64,000 bases of DNA, from the IMG/VR virus record IMGVR_UViG_3300032167_002916; one strand, 5' to 3'. The position numbers and the translations under genes are program-made. Position 1 is the stretch's first letter. Every line of letters begins with the position of its first letter. The DNA is from a virus (lineage: Duplodnaviria > Heunggongvirae > Uroviricota > Caudoviricetes). The notes beneath the pieces were generated by a model. That model was not told the origin of the DNA. It did not search any database and saw nothing but the letters and a program-made list of their open reading frames with translations. Of this stretch, positions 38,816-47,920 are shown piece by piece.

Positions 38816-41459
38816 TATCCTCCATGTTAACTTTTATTTCTTTGAATCTCCTTCCCTGGTAGAGTATGTCTCCATCATCGGCACACACCGGAACAGAAAC
38901 TGTGCCCCCATTCTTTGATAGCAGATTATTTACGATGTCTGCACCACAAATGTCCCACGCAAACTTCTTCGACGCACTTCGTTTGTAACATAGATCCAGC
39001 ACGATATTACATAGGGTCGACCTGTTCTGGCAAACTGCTTCACACTCTCTAACAAATTCATCACGCATACAAGAGATCGTTGTTTTGGACTCAGCAACAT
39101 CCACTCGTTCATAGTATGTGTAAACAAGATAGCGTTGGAGTTTGTGGTTATATTCCTCATATAGCTTACGGATAGAGGACATCTGTGAATATGTATATTC
39201 TGCGTCAGATTTCATTATTGAATAATCAAAATCTGTGACCTTATTAAATTTACCGATGTAGCCATCGAACTCTTCTTCAAATCTCCAACAGATCTTATTC
39301 ATTACGCATGGATTGGTTCCGGCAGGAAGTCGGGATTTATAATAACGCAGGAAGTCGAGCTGGCGCTCAGTAAGTTCACAGTGTGGCATTGCATCAAGTT
39401 CATCAACGGTAAGGCCAAACTCTCTGATGGCGTTCCTATCTGTGTTCTTCTTATAAGTGCTATACTGTTTCATCAACGCCGGATATATATAACACATGAA
39501 ATACGGCTTGCGGTCAGCGACGATACTCCTGTAGTAACGCTTCATATCTGTATTCTCTATCAGATTGACGGAGTGCCGGTCGTGCCATTCTCTCGGCATG
39601 GGCTTTGCGATAATGCCTTTAGCCTTGTCGATTGCGTTCTGCTGGAATAGCTGACCACACTTAATACGATAGGCAAGATCCGAATATTCTTGGGAACTCT
39701 TAGGAAATTTAGATTGAACTTCGAACATAGAGGTAATCCAATTAGTAGTTTTTCCGATATCATTGCCGAAGCTCTCAATATTAGATTTGATGAAATCCTC
39801 TTCGCATACAACCTTTTTTGTAGCTCTACGCTGAGCGCACATTAGTGCAGGCAGTTCGACTAATTTGTCGACAAGAACTTCATTGTCGGTTAACATAACT
39901 AAATCTCCATCAAAGTCCATACCGTTCAGCGCAGAAGCTGCAGTGTCCCAACCGTTAAAGATTGTACATGTTGTCATATACTGAAACCAATACTTTGCCT
40001 CGTCAGAAGTACATGGATGAACCGCTCTTATATTCGCATGGCATGTCATAGGCGCTCTGAAACAGGCAAGCTTCTCAGCTCCGTAATCTCCCCAATACCT
40101 ATTGTAGATTTCACCGGCTTTAAGCAATCCAGTCTTCTCCTGTCCAAACACGCTTTGACATAGGAGGTAGGGATCGCCAGATACTATGGAATAATTGCCG
40201 TGGACTTTTAGTACGCCAACCTTTGCTTCGTTGATTCTGTTTCTAATCAACTGATATATGCTACTCCGCACATATGGATCGTCTACCATCTTTGGGTTAA
40301 CCAGTATAGCCTTGAGATAACTGTCTTCCAGTCGTTCAATATTATCTGCACGAAGACTATCGCCCTTTAGAAACAAAACTGTCTTATGCCAATCGCCGCC
40401 TAGTACCTCTTTAATCTCATTCATCGTGGGTGTAATTAGGCGTTCAATGTCGTCGTCGTCCAAATCATAGCTCTGGATGAACTGGTAGTTGAGGCAGCGT
40501 TCTCGTTCCAACTCCTTTGGGCACGTCTTTGCTACACTGAAGGTATAACCATTATCCATACAGCACTGGATGTAGTGGTCGCAACTTTCGTAGCTGTCCC
40601 AAAGCTTGACCATAGATGTGGTCAGCATCAGATCAACATCTCGGATGTCAACCTCATTTCCCCAGGCGTCTTTGATTATATAAGTTCCGGCGACTTTCTC
40701 GGCATAATCGTGGAAATCAAATGTGAAAACCATTCCTTTTTCAAAGGAAAAGCGAGTGTTCACACCACTTACCAAGTAGTCCAATCCAAGATCTTTACTC
40801 CATTGCTCAGCCAAAGAGGGGAGCATCAGCCCATATCCGTCAGATGCATTCATCCGGATCGGCACCTGTTTCCGTTCCTCCATTACAGGTTCACCATCAG
40901 CTTCATCTGTTAAGTAGACAATATCAGACAAGAACTCTGTTTCGCAATCATCAACAACGACAATGCCCTTCGGGAACGATACTGGAGTTGATGCGCTGCA
41001 TGTCAGAGCTTTGTATGCTTCAAGCTTTGCCGGAACCAATTTCTTTTCCAGGTCACGTCCATTATCAATTCGACGACGAAGTTCATCAGCGTGACGTTCA
41101 CTCACAAAAACAATCGTGCTATTCTTAATTCCGCCATTTGTACCGAGCAGCCGCTTATAGTTGATACCATTGATGCTGAATCCTTTACAGGCTCTGTAGT
41201 AATCTTTCTCTTTATCAATAATCAAACACATATAGTCTGGCTTAAATTGGATGCTGTCCAGCTGAGCATAGAGCTGCTTTACGGCACGTCTGTTCTGAAC
41301 GGTGTTTGCTTCTTTGCGAAGCCGTTTAATCTCCTGCTTAATTTCTTTTGCCTTACTCTCAGCGTCCGTAATGCCGTTCAATTCATCAAGCCATCTTAAG
41401 ACTTGGCTATCGGCGAGGGAAATCACTTCATCGTTTCGCCTGGCCTCGGCGATGCCCAA
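38793..41459 (-). CDS. 888-aa protein carrying a DFDGD motif; candidate YonO-like single-subunit (two-barrel) RNA polymerase
   Basis: NGMDFDGDLVML is near-identical to the Mg-binding loop NADFDGDQMAVH of the multisubunit RNA polymerase beta-prime subunit; size is similar to YonO-type enzymes. No search was run. Confidence 0.5.
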   Translation of the reverse strand: MGIAEARRNDEVISLADSQVLRWLDELNGITDAESKAKEIKQEIKRLRKEANTVQNRRAVKQLYAQLDSIQFKPDYMCLIIDKEKDYYRACKGFSINGINYKRLLGTNGGIKNSTIVFVSERHADELRRRIDNGRDLEKKLVPAKLEAYKALTCSASTPVSFPKGIVVVDDCETEFLSDIVYLTDEADGEPVMEERKQVPIRMNASDGYGLMLPSLAEQWSKDLGLDYLVSGVNTRFSFEKGMVFTFDFHDYAEKVAGTYIIKDAWGNEVDIRDVDLMLTTSMVKLWDSYESCDHYIQCCMDNGYTFSVAKTCPKELERERCLNYQFIQSYDLDDDDIERLITPTMNEIKEVLGGDWHKTVLFLKGDSLRADNIERLEDSYLKAILVNPKMVDDPYVRSSIYQLIRNRINEAKVGVLKVHGNYSIVSGDPYLLCQSVFGQEKTGLLKAGEIYNRYWGDYGAEKLACFRAPMTCHANIRAVHPCTSDEAKYWFQYMTTCTIFNGWDTAASALNGMDFDGDLVMLTDNEVLVDKLVELPALMCAQRRATKKVVCEEDFIKSNIESFGNDIGKTTNWITSMFEVQSKFPKSSQEYSDLAYRIKCGQLFQQNAIDKAKGIIAKPMPREWHDRHSVNLIENTDMKRYYRSIVADRKPYFMCYIYPALMKQYSTYKKNTDRNAIREFGLTVDELDAMPHCELTERQLDFLRYYKSRLPAGTNPCVMNKICWRFEEEFDGYIGKFNKVTDFDYSIMKSDAEYTYSQMSSIRKLYEEYNHKLQRYLVYTYYERVDVAESKTTISCMRDEFVRECEAVCQNRSTLCNIVLDLCYKRSASKKFAWDICGADIVNNLLSKNGGTVSVPVCADDGDILYQGRRFKEIKVNMEDNDEYCFE

Positions 41460-41595
41460 TGTCAGTTTCCACTTGTTCTCCCTCAGTCTTCTGCTGTGTA
41501 GTTTGTATATGTATTTCTGGCAGGTCTGTTGCTTAGCTATATCGTTCCATCTCCTTGCAAATTATTTAATCAACATGACGTGGTTTAATTTTTAG

Positions 41596-41775
41596 TTCCA
41601 CTGAGTAATGTAGCTCCACCACTCATCGTAGAACGCATCTCTTCCTTCTTCAATGTATGTATCAATATACTCGTCTTCTGCGGAGTCGTCCGCAGGGGAG
41701 TAATGTGGGCAGCCATATGCAGGGTCACAAATATCTCGGAACAGGCAAGCTCCGCACTTAAGTTTATTCATCTAT
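41596..41775 (-). CDS. Small Cys-rich protein (59 aa, below the ORF-track cutoff)
   Basis: Manual translation gives MNKLKCGACLFRDICDPAYGCPHY...; overlaps the P-loop gene stop. Confidence 0.35.
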
Positions 41776-42981
41776 GTTATCTCCTTTGCTCATATCTTCA
41801 ATCCAATTTTGTAATAATTCACGCATCCGGCGACTTGGTATGTATACCCTGATCGGCTTATCGTCGCGGATGGCACTTCTCCAGATCCACTGCAGCATCT
41901 CTGCCAAAGCGAAGTGATCTGCGTTAATTGTAATACCTCTACTCGAAAAAAACTTCATCAGATTAGGATCGACAAACCGATTAACCATGTATGCGATATC
42001 AGTCTTGCTTCTATATTCGTTGGTCGCTCTGGCGCTAACCTGTAGGAAGTTATTACGGAAACGTCCAGTGCGGACATCGACCAGCTTGCTCTGATCATCC
42101 TTAAAAGAAGTCCAGAGTCGAGTGTCGGCCTTGCTGTCTGGTGCCGTTCTAAAGAACTGTCTTAATCCGTTTCTCAAAGCACGAATATCATCATTGTCAT
42201 ATCCACGTTTCATAAACCAGTTCTTAGATAGTGCATATCTGCTGTGTCCTGGCTTGTTCAATTTTGGATCATCAACGATCTGAATTAGATTGTGGTAGTC
42301 CAGTGGGGGAGGGGCGTCCGGTTTATCTGAGAAGTAGAATCCATGTTCATCCCGAAGAACACCGATAATGCGGTATTCGAACCCGAAAAATTCAAGGTAA
42401 GCTTTCTGATACTGACCATCAAATAGATAGGTCAACATGAACACTTCATCGAAAGCTCGCAACATCTCTGGGTTCATTATGCTTAGTAATGCACTATCCA
42501 AACGAAATAGTGTGCCGGTGTCTGCCATCTCTTTGTAGTCGGCAAATCTGCCTACATACTCTTTATCTATCCAACGCAGATATCCACCTTCGTCTTCCTC
42601 GACCAGGCGGCCAACAATTAAATCAAAGTCCTTGCTGGAAATATTAAGTCGTTCGATGACCTGGATGCTTTCGTCGACGATAAGGGAATAGTTCATCTCT
42701 TTAACAAGTTCAAGCGCTTCTTCATCCATAAGATGGAATAGAGAATGGGTGGCAGCAATGTTCTTGCCCTTTCTCATGTGGAGCTTTAACTCCAGAGATT
42801 TGCTCATATAGTCACTCTCAGATTGGTCGAAGTCGCATTGCTCGCAAATTCGGTCGACCTCGTTCAAATATGGAGTGATGTACAAGAATCGCTTGGTACC
42901 TTTGTGTTCATTCATATATCGTATTGCGGCGGAAGACTTACCTCTGCCCATCCGGGCATCCACCACTGTAATTTCATTCAA
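41764..42981 (-). CDS. P-loop NTPase (405 aa), probably replication- or packaging-associated
   Basis: N-terminal Walker A motif ARMGRGKSSAAI. Confidence 0.55.
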   Translation of the reverse strand: MNEITVVDARMGRGKSSAAIRYMNEHKGTKRFLYITPYLNEVDRICEQCDFDQSESDYMSKSLELKLHMRKGKNIAATHSLFHLMDEEALELVKEMNYSLIVDESIQVIERLNISSKDFDLIVGRLVEEDEGGYLRWIDKEYVGRFADYKEMADTGTLFRLDSALLSIMNPEMLRAFDEVFMLTYLFDGQYQKAYLEFFGFEYRIIGVLRDEHGFYFSDKPDAPPPLDYHNLIQIVDDPKLNKPGHSRYALSKNWFMKRGYDNDDIRALRNGLRQFFRTAPDSKADTRLWTSFKDDQSKLVDVRTGRFRNNFLQVSARATNEYRSKTDIAYMVNRFVDPNLMKFFSSRGITINADHFALAEMLQWIWRSAIRDDKPIRVYIPSRRMRELLQNWIEDMSKGDNIDE

Positions 42982-43209
42982 AATTTATCACCTGCTTTGT
43001 ATTTATAAAATTCCAGGACACGAAAATTTTTGTCGGACGAGCTATACTGCTGATTTCGGGAATCATAACTACTTGGTATACACAAAAATAGTTATATACA
43101 TAATTGGTTCTTCTTTTATTTATAGGAATACCTACTTCACCCATTGCAACGCAACGTCTCCTGGAAATGCCAGGACACACGGCGTGTCCCAGACGTGTTT
43201 TGAGATACT

Positions 43210-44034
43210 TTATCCGGCAGAAATATCCATCTCAATGACATTACCATCAATCAAATAATTGCAAGTAGTACTACCCAGATTAAGACTCCGATAAGCTTCT
43301 TCAATCTCTTCGCCGGTAATACCAATATAATCCAAAGTCTGAGCTGCACTGGAATGACCCATCATCTTTTGCAGCAGAAGAAGCTTTCGTGGGTCGTTAT
43401 GGCTCATAAGCATCTGATGGTAAGCGAAGGTCTTTCTCAGAGTATGAGTAGACATATGAATGTTCATATCCATGTCGGCAGCAATACCCTTCAGGATCAT
43501 ATCAATTGCTTTACGAGAAATAGGAGTGTTATTTGCCTTGCTATTGTTGGATGCACTTCTAAACATGTAGTCGCTCAGAGATACATTAGGAGTATTCTCC
43601 AAATAGAGAATAACAGCATCTTGGACCGCAGTATTGATTGTGATGTAGCGATTACGCTTATGCTTACGGGTGTTACGAGTCTTCTGCTCGAAAATAGGGA
43701 AGCTGTCTCTGAACATCTGGACACCGTTATTGCTAACAATCAGATTGGAGAACCGGAGCATCCGGAGATCGCTAACTCTGAGTCCAAAGTTAATGCCTAC
43801 GATAAAGAGCATGTTGTCTCTGAACCTCTTATTCGCAATAAGGTATTTAGAAACTCTAATGATATCGTCCATGCTCTTAATTGGTTCAGAGGTATGTTCC
43901 GGTGCAAGAACGCTTGACGTATCCTCAGTAGCAGGAGCAATCAAGCCGGCCTGCAGCCTACGTGTATTCTGTTGGATGGATGCTACGTTGATAGCGTTAT
44001 TTCTCTTCTCAAGATCAAGAACGATAATACTCAT
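43210..44034 (-). CDS. Second, small tyrosine recombinase (XerD-like, about 274 aa)
   Basis: GLRVSDLRML, HTLRKTFAYH and MMGHSS...LDYIG motifs. Confidence 0.7.
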   Translation of the reverse strand: MSIIVLDLEKRNNAINVASIQQNTRRLQAGLIAPATEDTSSVLAPEHTSEPIKSMDDIIRVSKYLIANKRFRDNMLFIVGINFGLRVSDLRMLRFSNLIVSNNGVQMFRDSFPIFEQKTRNTRKHKRNRYITINTAVQDAVILYLENTPNVSLSDYMFRSASNNSKANNTPISRKAIDMILKGIAADMDMNIHMSTHTLRKTFAYHQMLMSHNDPRKLLLLQKMMGHSSAAQTLDYIGITGEEIEEAYRSLNLGSTTCNYLIDGNVIEMDISAG

Positions 44035-44472
44035 ATACAAACTTCCTTTCGTGCAAACTATTTAATTAGCATTACATGAGCTTAAAATACAGGATCTTTC
44101 GATCCGGCTGTAAATTATTTAATTAACTTATATTCTCTTATATTATATCATACGAAAGGGCTTATGTCAAGCGATTTTGACCCGTTTTGAAAAATAAATT
44201 TATAAATATTTTTGAAAGAAATTGTTAGGCATTATTAAGCTAATTTCGGAAATACCAGGATATTCAATAGTTCAAAGTTTTGGAAAAGGATCTGCTTAGT
44301 GGTGACGATTTGAGGGGCAAAAAGTTAGGAAAATGGTGACAGTTAGATGAACCGACTGATACCATTTACGATTCACATAGGGGGTCAAAAAACCATAACT
44401 ATCCCCCTGTTGTACTTCCTCTTGTGTGAAATTGTGAAGTAGAAAAAAGTTGACCGAAATGAAAAAATCAGC

Positions 44473-44501
44473 TTGACAAATGGAATAGCCTATGATATAA
44501 T
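44473..44501 (+). promoter_or_regulatory. Consensus sigma70 promoter TTGACA-17-TATAAT
   Basis: Exact hexamers at 44473-44478 and 44496-44501. Confidence 0.6.
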
Positions 44502-44594
44502 CCCAGTACAGTCAAGCGACGGACAACAGATCCCACCTGGTCAACACAAACCAGACGGACACAAACCGAAGCAAGACTAAACCACAATAGCACA

Positions 44595-44646
44595 AACGGA
44601 CACTAAAAAATTAGTGCTTGACAAAATCAAAATTGTATGGTACAAT
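44595..44646 (+). promoter_or_regulatory. AAACGGACACTAAAAAA box plus TTGACA-17-TGgTACAAT promoter
   Basis: -35 at 44618-44623; extended -10 at 44638-44646. Confidence 0.6.
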
Positions 44647-44687
44647 GTTTACACGGTCAAGCAAGGCAAGTAGCCAAGCACGGACGG

Positions 44688-44853
44688 ACGGCACACGGCG
44701 GAGAGCGACAGTAGACCGGACGGACAAAAGCAAAAGCTAAAGCCAAACGGACCAAAAGCACATACCACACAAAAGCGAATAGCCAAGCAACCAAACCAAA
44801 GACAGATAGACCAAACACGGCACACGGCGGAGAGCGACAGTAGACCTTGCAAG
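44688..44853 (+). repeat. 30-bp direct repeat ACGGCACACGGCGGAGAGCGACAGTAGACC (two copies) embedded in T-depleted A/C-rich sequence
   Basis: Copies at 44688-44717 and 44824-44853. Confidence 0.7.
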
Positions 44854-44871
44854 GTCAAACATCTGGACTAG

Positions 44872-44925
44872 GAAACGGACACTAAAAAATTAGTGCTTGA
44901 CAAGTACAGAAAGTTGTGGTATAAT
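44872..44925 (+). promoter_or_regulatory. AAACGGACACTAAAAAA box plus TTGACA-17-TGgTATAAT promoter
   Basis: -35 at 44897-44902; extended -10 at 44917-44925. Confidence 0.6.
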
Positions 44926-45816
44926 CAAGGCACGGTGGAAACACCGGAACACCGGACGGAATACATACGCAAGCCGGACGGAATCAGAACTAAAAAGCAT
45001 AAACCCTAAAATCCCCATTCGTATGGTTGGATATAATAGGTATAGTAGGTACTGCCCTGTATACGTTGTTCTTGTATCCTTTGGATTAAGGGTTAAAATG
45101 CGGGATGGAAAACGGACACTAAAAAACGTTTGACGTCCATGTACCTTGAAAAGTGAAGAACCGCAGAACCTGAAATGAGCTATGGACTATGGGGAAAGTA
45201 TACCCAAAAGCTAGGAGGTCGAAAGACAACTAGGCTAGTGTATATATGCCACGCCTTGAAATGTTAGTAGCTGCCACTTGACAGGAAAAGTGTACCTTGT
45301 CAAGTTCAGAATGTGTATGGTACACCATGCACAGGCTATGGGAATGATACGAAAGTATTAAATGCTGTCGGTCGGCTGAAATGTACCCAAAAAGGGGAGT
45401 AGCCAGCGTGTGACACCACGCCGTGAAGCTATAACCAAAACGGTACAGAGTTGTCTAAGCCGTGAATAAGACAATGTTGTTAAGACTATTCAAGAGCCAG
45501 GTAGCGCCAGGATCACTATGGGACAAGTATACCCAAAAGGGCGAATGGCGGTGGGTAGATACCATGATACAATGGTGAAAACGTCCAAACGGACGGATGG
45601 AAAGTCCCACATAACTCCACCCCGGACTGTAACCAGGTGAGCGCATGAACGTATCATCAAGCGCATTACAGCTGACCTATACATATCATCATGACCTATC
45701 TGGCTCTTTTTCAAGCTCAGAAAACGGACGCTAAAAAACTCTAGCTTGAGCGCATAAATATGTGCGTTGAATCAAGAGTTTTAACCGCTAACTATAATTT
45801 TTTGGAGGGTATTGCT

Positions 45817-46782
45817 ATGAAGTACGAACGTGTAAAATTGAATGAGGAGATTGCAAAGATTCGCAATCAGTATGAACTGGCGGACACTATGCCCGCTCTG
45901 GATGTTTTCAACCATAACATCCACATGAAATTCCAGGCTTTTGTCCGGTTTTGTGATAAACCCCGGACTGAGGAAGAAAAGAAAGCCATGCTCGCCCCTG
46001 TCAACGTGGCAATCGCCATGTATAACGATGAAATGCGCAATCAGCGGCTTGAAACCCTGCTGGATATGAAGTTTAAGGATGCTTTTGCAGATTACCTGCG
46101 CACTCAGAAAGTCCCCGGCTGTAAGCTCGTCAACACCAAAGACACCGGATATTGCCTCACGGCGGACGAGAATGTATACCTTGACCCCTATGATGTGATT
46201 TCCGCACTCTGCGCCACTGAGCTGGACTATATTCTGGATATGGTTTGCATCTGGGCGGATAATGTTGCTCGGTTCGATGCCCGCAGCGATTCTGCACACA
46301 TGACCGTAGCGTCCATGCACTCCTCCTACGTTGATTTCAGAAAGCGGCTGGGCTGGGATGTTCCTGCTGAGGAGCTGAGCTTTAATAAGCTGTTGAAGCA
46401 GCTCAATGAGCTTGCTGCGAAAATTACCTGCGGAACTGCGCCGACGTTGAATGTTTCCGACCTGGTTTACATTCATGATGGTATCAAGATTTCTAAGGAT
46501 CAGGCGGACCAGAATGGCTCTGCCCAGGTTCGCAACGAAAAAACGATTATCAAGTATATTTTCCGGGCGATTTTTACCCGTGTGAATAACGGTGCATATA
46601 ACACCGGATTCGATACCCATGCAGGCAAGCAGGGTTCTGTGCCTCGTACATATAAGGCAAATAAGACCGCAGGCGAAAGCCCTAAACTGCCTGAGTTTTC
46701 TCCTGCACCTGTTGTGAAAGCCGGTCCTGTGACCGCTGGAAAAGCACCTGCAAAGAAGCCTGCAAAGAAAGCGGCAAAGTAA
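45817..46782 (+). CDS. Hypothetical protein with a Lys/Ala/Pro-rich basic tail (AGKAPAKKPAKKAAK), 321 aa
   Basis: GGAGGG SD precedes MKYERVKL; first gene after the promoter array; the H1/HU-tail-like C-terminus suggests nucleic-acid binding. Confidence 0.55.
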   Translation: MKYERVKLNEEIAKIRNQYELADTMPALDVFNHNIHMKFQAFVRFCDKPRTEEEKKAMLAPVNVAIAMYNDEMRNQRLETLLDMKFKDAFADYLRTQKVPGCKLVNTKDTGYCLTADENVYLDPYDVISALCATELDYILDMVCIWADNVARFDARSDSAHMTVASMHSSYVDFRKRLGWDVPAEELSFNKLLKQLNELAAKITCGTAPTLNVSDLVYIHDGIKISKDQADQNGSAQVRNEKTIIKYIFRAIFTRVNNGAYNTGFDTHAGKQGSVPRTYKANKTAGESPKLPEFSPAPVVKAGPVTAGKAPAKKPAKKAAK

Positions 46783-46797
46783 CGTAACATTCCAAAT

Positions 46798-46859
46798 TGG
46801 GGGCGGGAAACCGCCCCTGTTTACCTTTGAGAAAACCGCCGAAGTCCGACGGTTTTTTT
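46798..46859 (+). terminator. Two hairpins (GGGGCGG-gaaa-CCGCCCC, then CCGCCGaagtcCGACGG) followed by T8
   Basis: Read directly from the sequence. Confidence 0.55.
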
Positions 46860-46888
46860 TGAGCGGTAAACGAAACGGAGGGATTTCC

Positions 46889-47128
46889 ATGTGGAAATGT
46901 TTTGCAATCCGTAGAAAGTCCGGGCGGTTTTGGCTGGATTTTACGGTTAAATCCAAGATCACGGGGGAAGTGTTTCTCCTGCGGTTTAGTAAGCTGCGGA
47001 AATGGAAGCGGTCTATCGCTGAGTTGAAGCGGTTAAAGCGGCACATCCAGGAGGTTCGTATGCTGCAAAAGAATGGGTTTGTCAAGTTTAACGGCAGGGA
47101 AGTCGTGCTGCTTGACGGCTACATTTAA
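46889..47128 (+). CDS. Hypothetical basic protein (79 aa)
   Basis: Start MWKCF is preceded by the GAAACGGAGGGATTTCC context. Confidence 0.45.
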   Translation: MWKCFAIRRKSGRFWLDFTVKSKITGEVFLLRFSKLRKWKRSIAELKRLKRHIQEVRMLQKNGFVKFNGREVVLLDGYI

Positions 47129-47143
47129 GAAAGAGGGTTTATT

Positions 47144-47332
47144 ATGCAGGTGCTACGGCGGAGATATGAGTATATCAGAATTAGGCTTATTGATAAAGCA
47201 TTGCACTATATCTTCGAGAATCTGGTTTATTGTGATGAAAAGACGGTGCAGACCGTTCTGGCTCTATATGAGCATTTCCAGTTTCTTGAGTTCCGCAGAA
47301 TGGCACGACATAAGGGGGCATTGCATTGGTAA
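47144..47332 (+). CDS. Hypothetical (62 aa)
   Basis: AAGAAAGAGGG SD, then 7 nt, then ATG. Confidence 0.4.
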   Translation: MQVLRRRYEYIRIRLIDKALHYIFENLVYCDEKTVQTVLALYEHFQFLEFRRMARHKGALHW

Positions 47333-47715
47333 TTCATTTCGTAGGTGCTTTGCTGGGTAATTCGGCAGAGTACAAACCGCTTGAAGCGTTTCAAAAATCG
47401 CTACCCTGCGATTTTGAAGGGGAAGCTCTGGAATTGTTTATCGAAAATACTCTGGATGATTTTTCCTCTGAACACAATGAGCGCAATTCCCATTTCATCT
47501 GGGGATATACTCACGAAAACTCTATGGAAGAACTGATGCTTGGTTTTACGCAGTATTATAATATGCGGGAAACTCAGCGGGTAAATGATTATGCAGAAGG
47601 TGTTTCTGACAGTTTTCTGAGTGCGTATAGTGGTAAACCCTGGCAACCTTATTCTGAGCCGAAGCTTCCGAAACGGAGGGATTTCCATGCCCAAAAGCAA
47701 GAAGCGGTATGTTAA
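47326..47715 (+). CDS. Hypothetical acidic protein (129 aa, TTG start)
   Basis: AAGGGGG SD 8 nt upstream of TTG; translation is non-repetitive. Confidence 0.4.
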   Translation: MVIHFVGALLGNSAEYKPLEAFQKSLPCDFEGEALELFIENTLDDFSSEHNERNSHFIWGYTHENSMEELMLGFTQYYNMRETQRVNDYAEGVSDSFLSAYSGKPWQPYSEPKLPKRRDFHAQKQEAVC

Positions 47716-47845
47716 AAGGGTTTTAGCCCAGCGCCGCAGAGAAAGAAGAGCCAGAGTTATTGAAAGGATTTGCTATGCTTTCCAATGTTTCATTGCAATG
47801 GTTTTGTTTGAAGCATTGATGATTGCGTTTGTGATTGCTGCTTGA
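47687..47845 (+). CDS. Small basic protein with a C-terminal transmembrane helix (52 aa)
   Basis: MPKSKKRYVKR... start preceded by ACGGAGGGATTTCC. Confidence 0.4.
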   Translation: MPKSKKRYVKRVLAQRRRERRARVIERICYAFQCFIAMVLFEALMIAFVIAA

Positions 47846-47920
47846 TGCTGATAAAAGCCGCCGTGTTTTACGGCGGTTTTAGTGAGTTTCAAACTCAGCG
47901 AGGAAACGGAGGGAATAAAC

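Noticed and set aside
44649-45133. ORFs of 69 aa (minus) and 78 aa (plus) within the promoter array
   Set aside because: Products of the extreme A/C versus G/T strand skew; Cys/Phe/Leu-rich or repeat-derived; no RBS. The region is better explained as non-coding.
45781-47085. 434-aa minus-strand ORF
   Set aside because: Antisense to three well-supported plus-strand genes with SDs and a terminator; Arg/Leu/Cys-rich translation.
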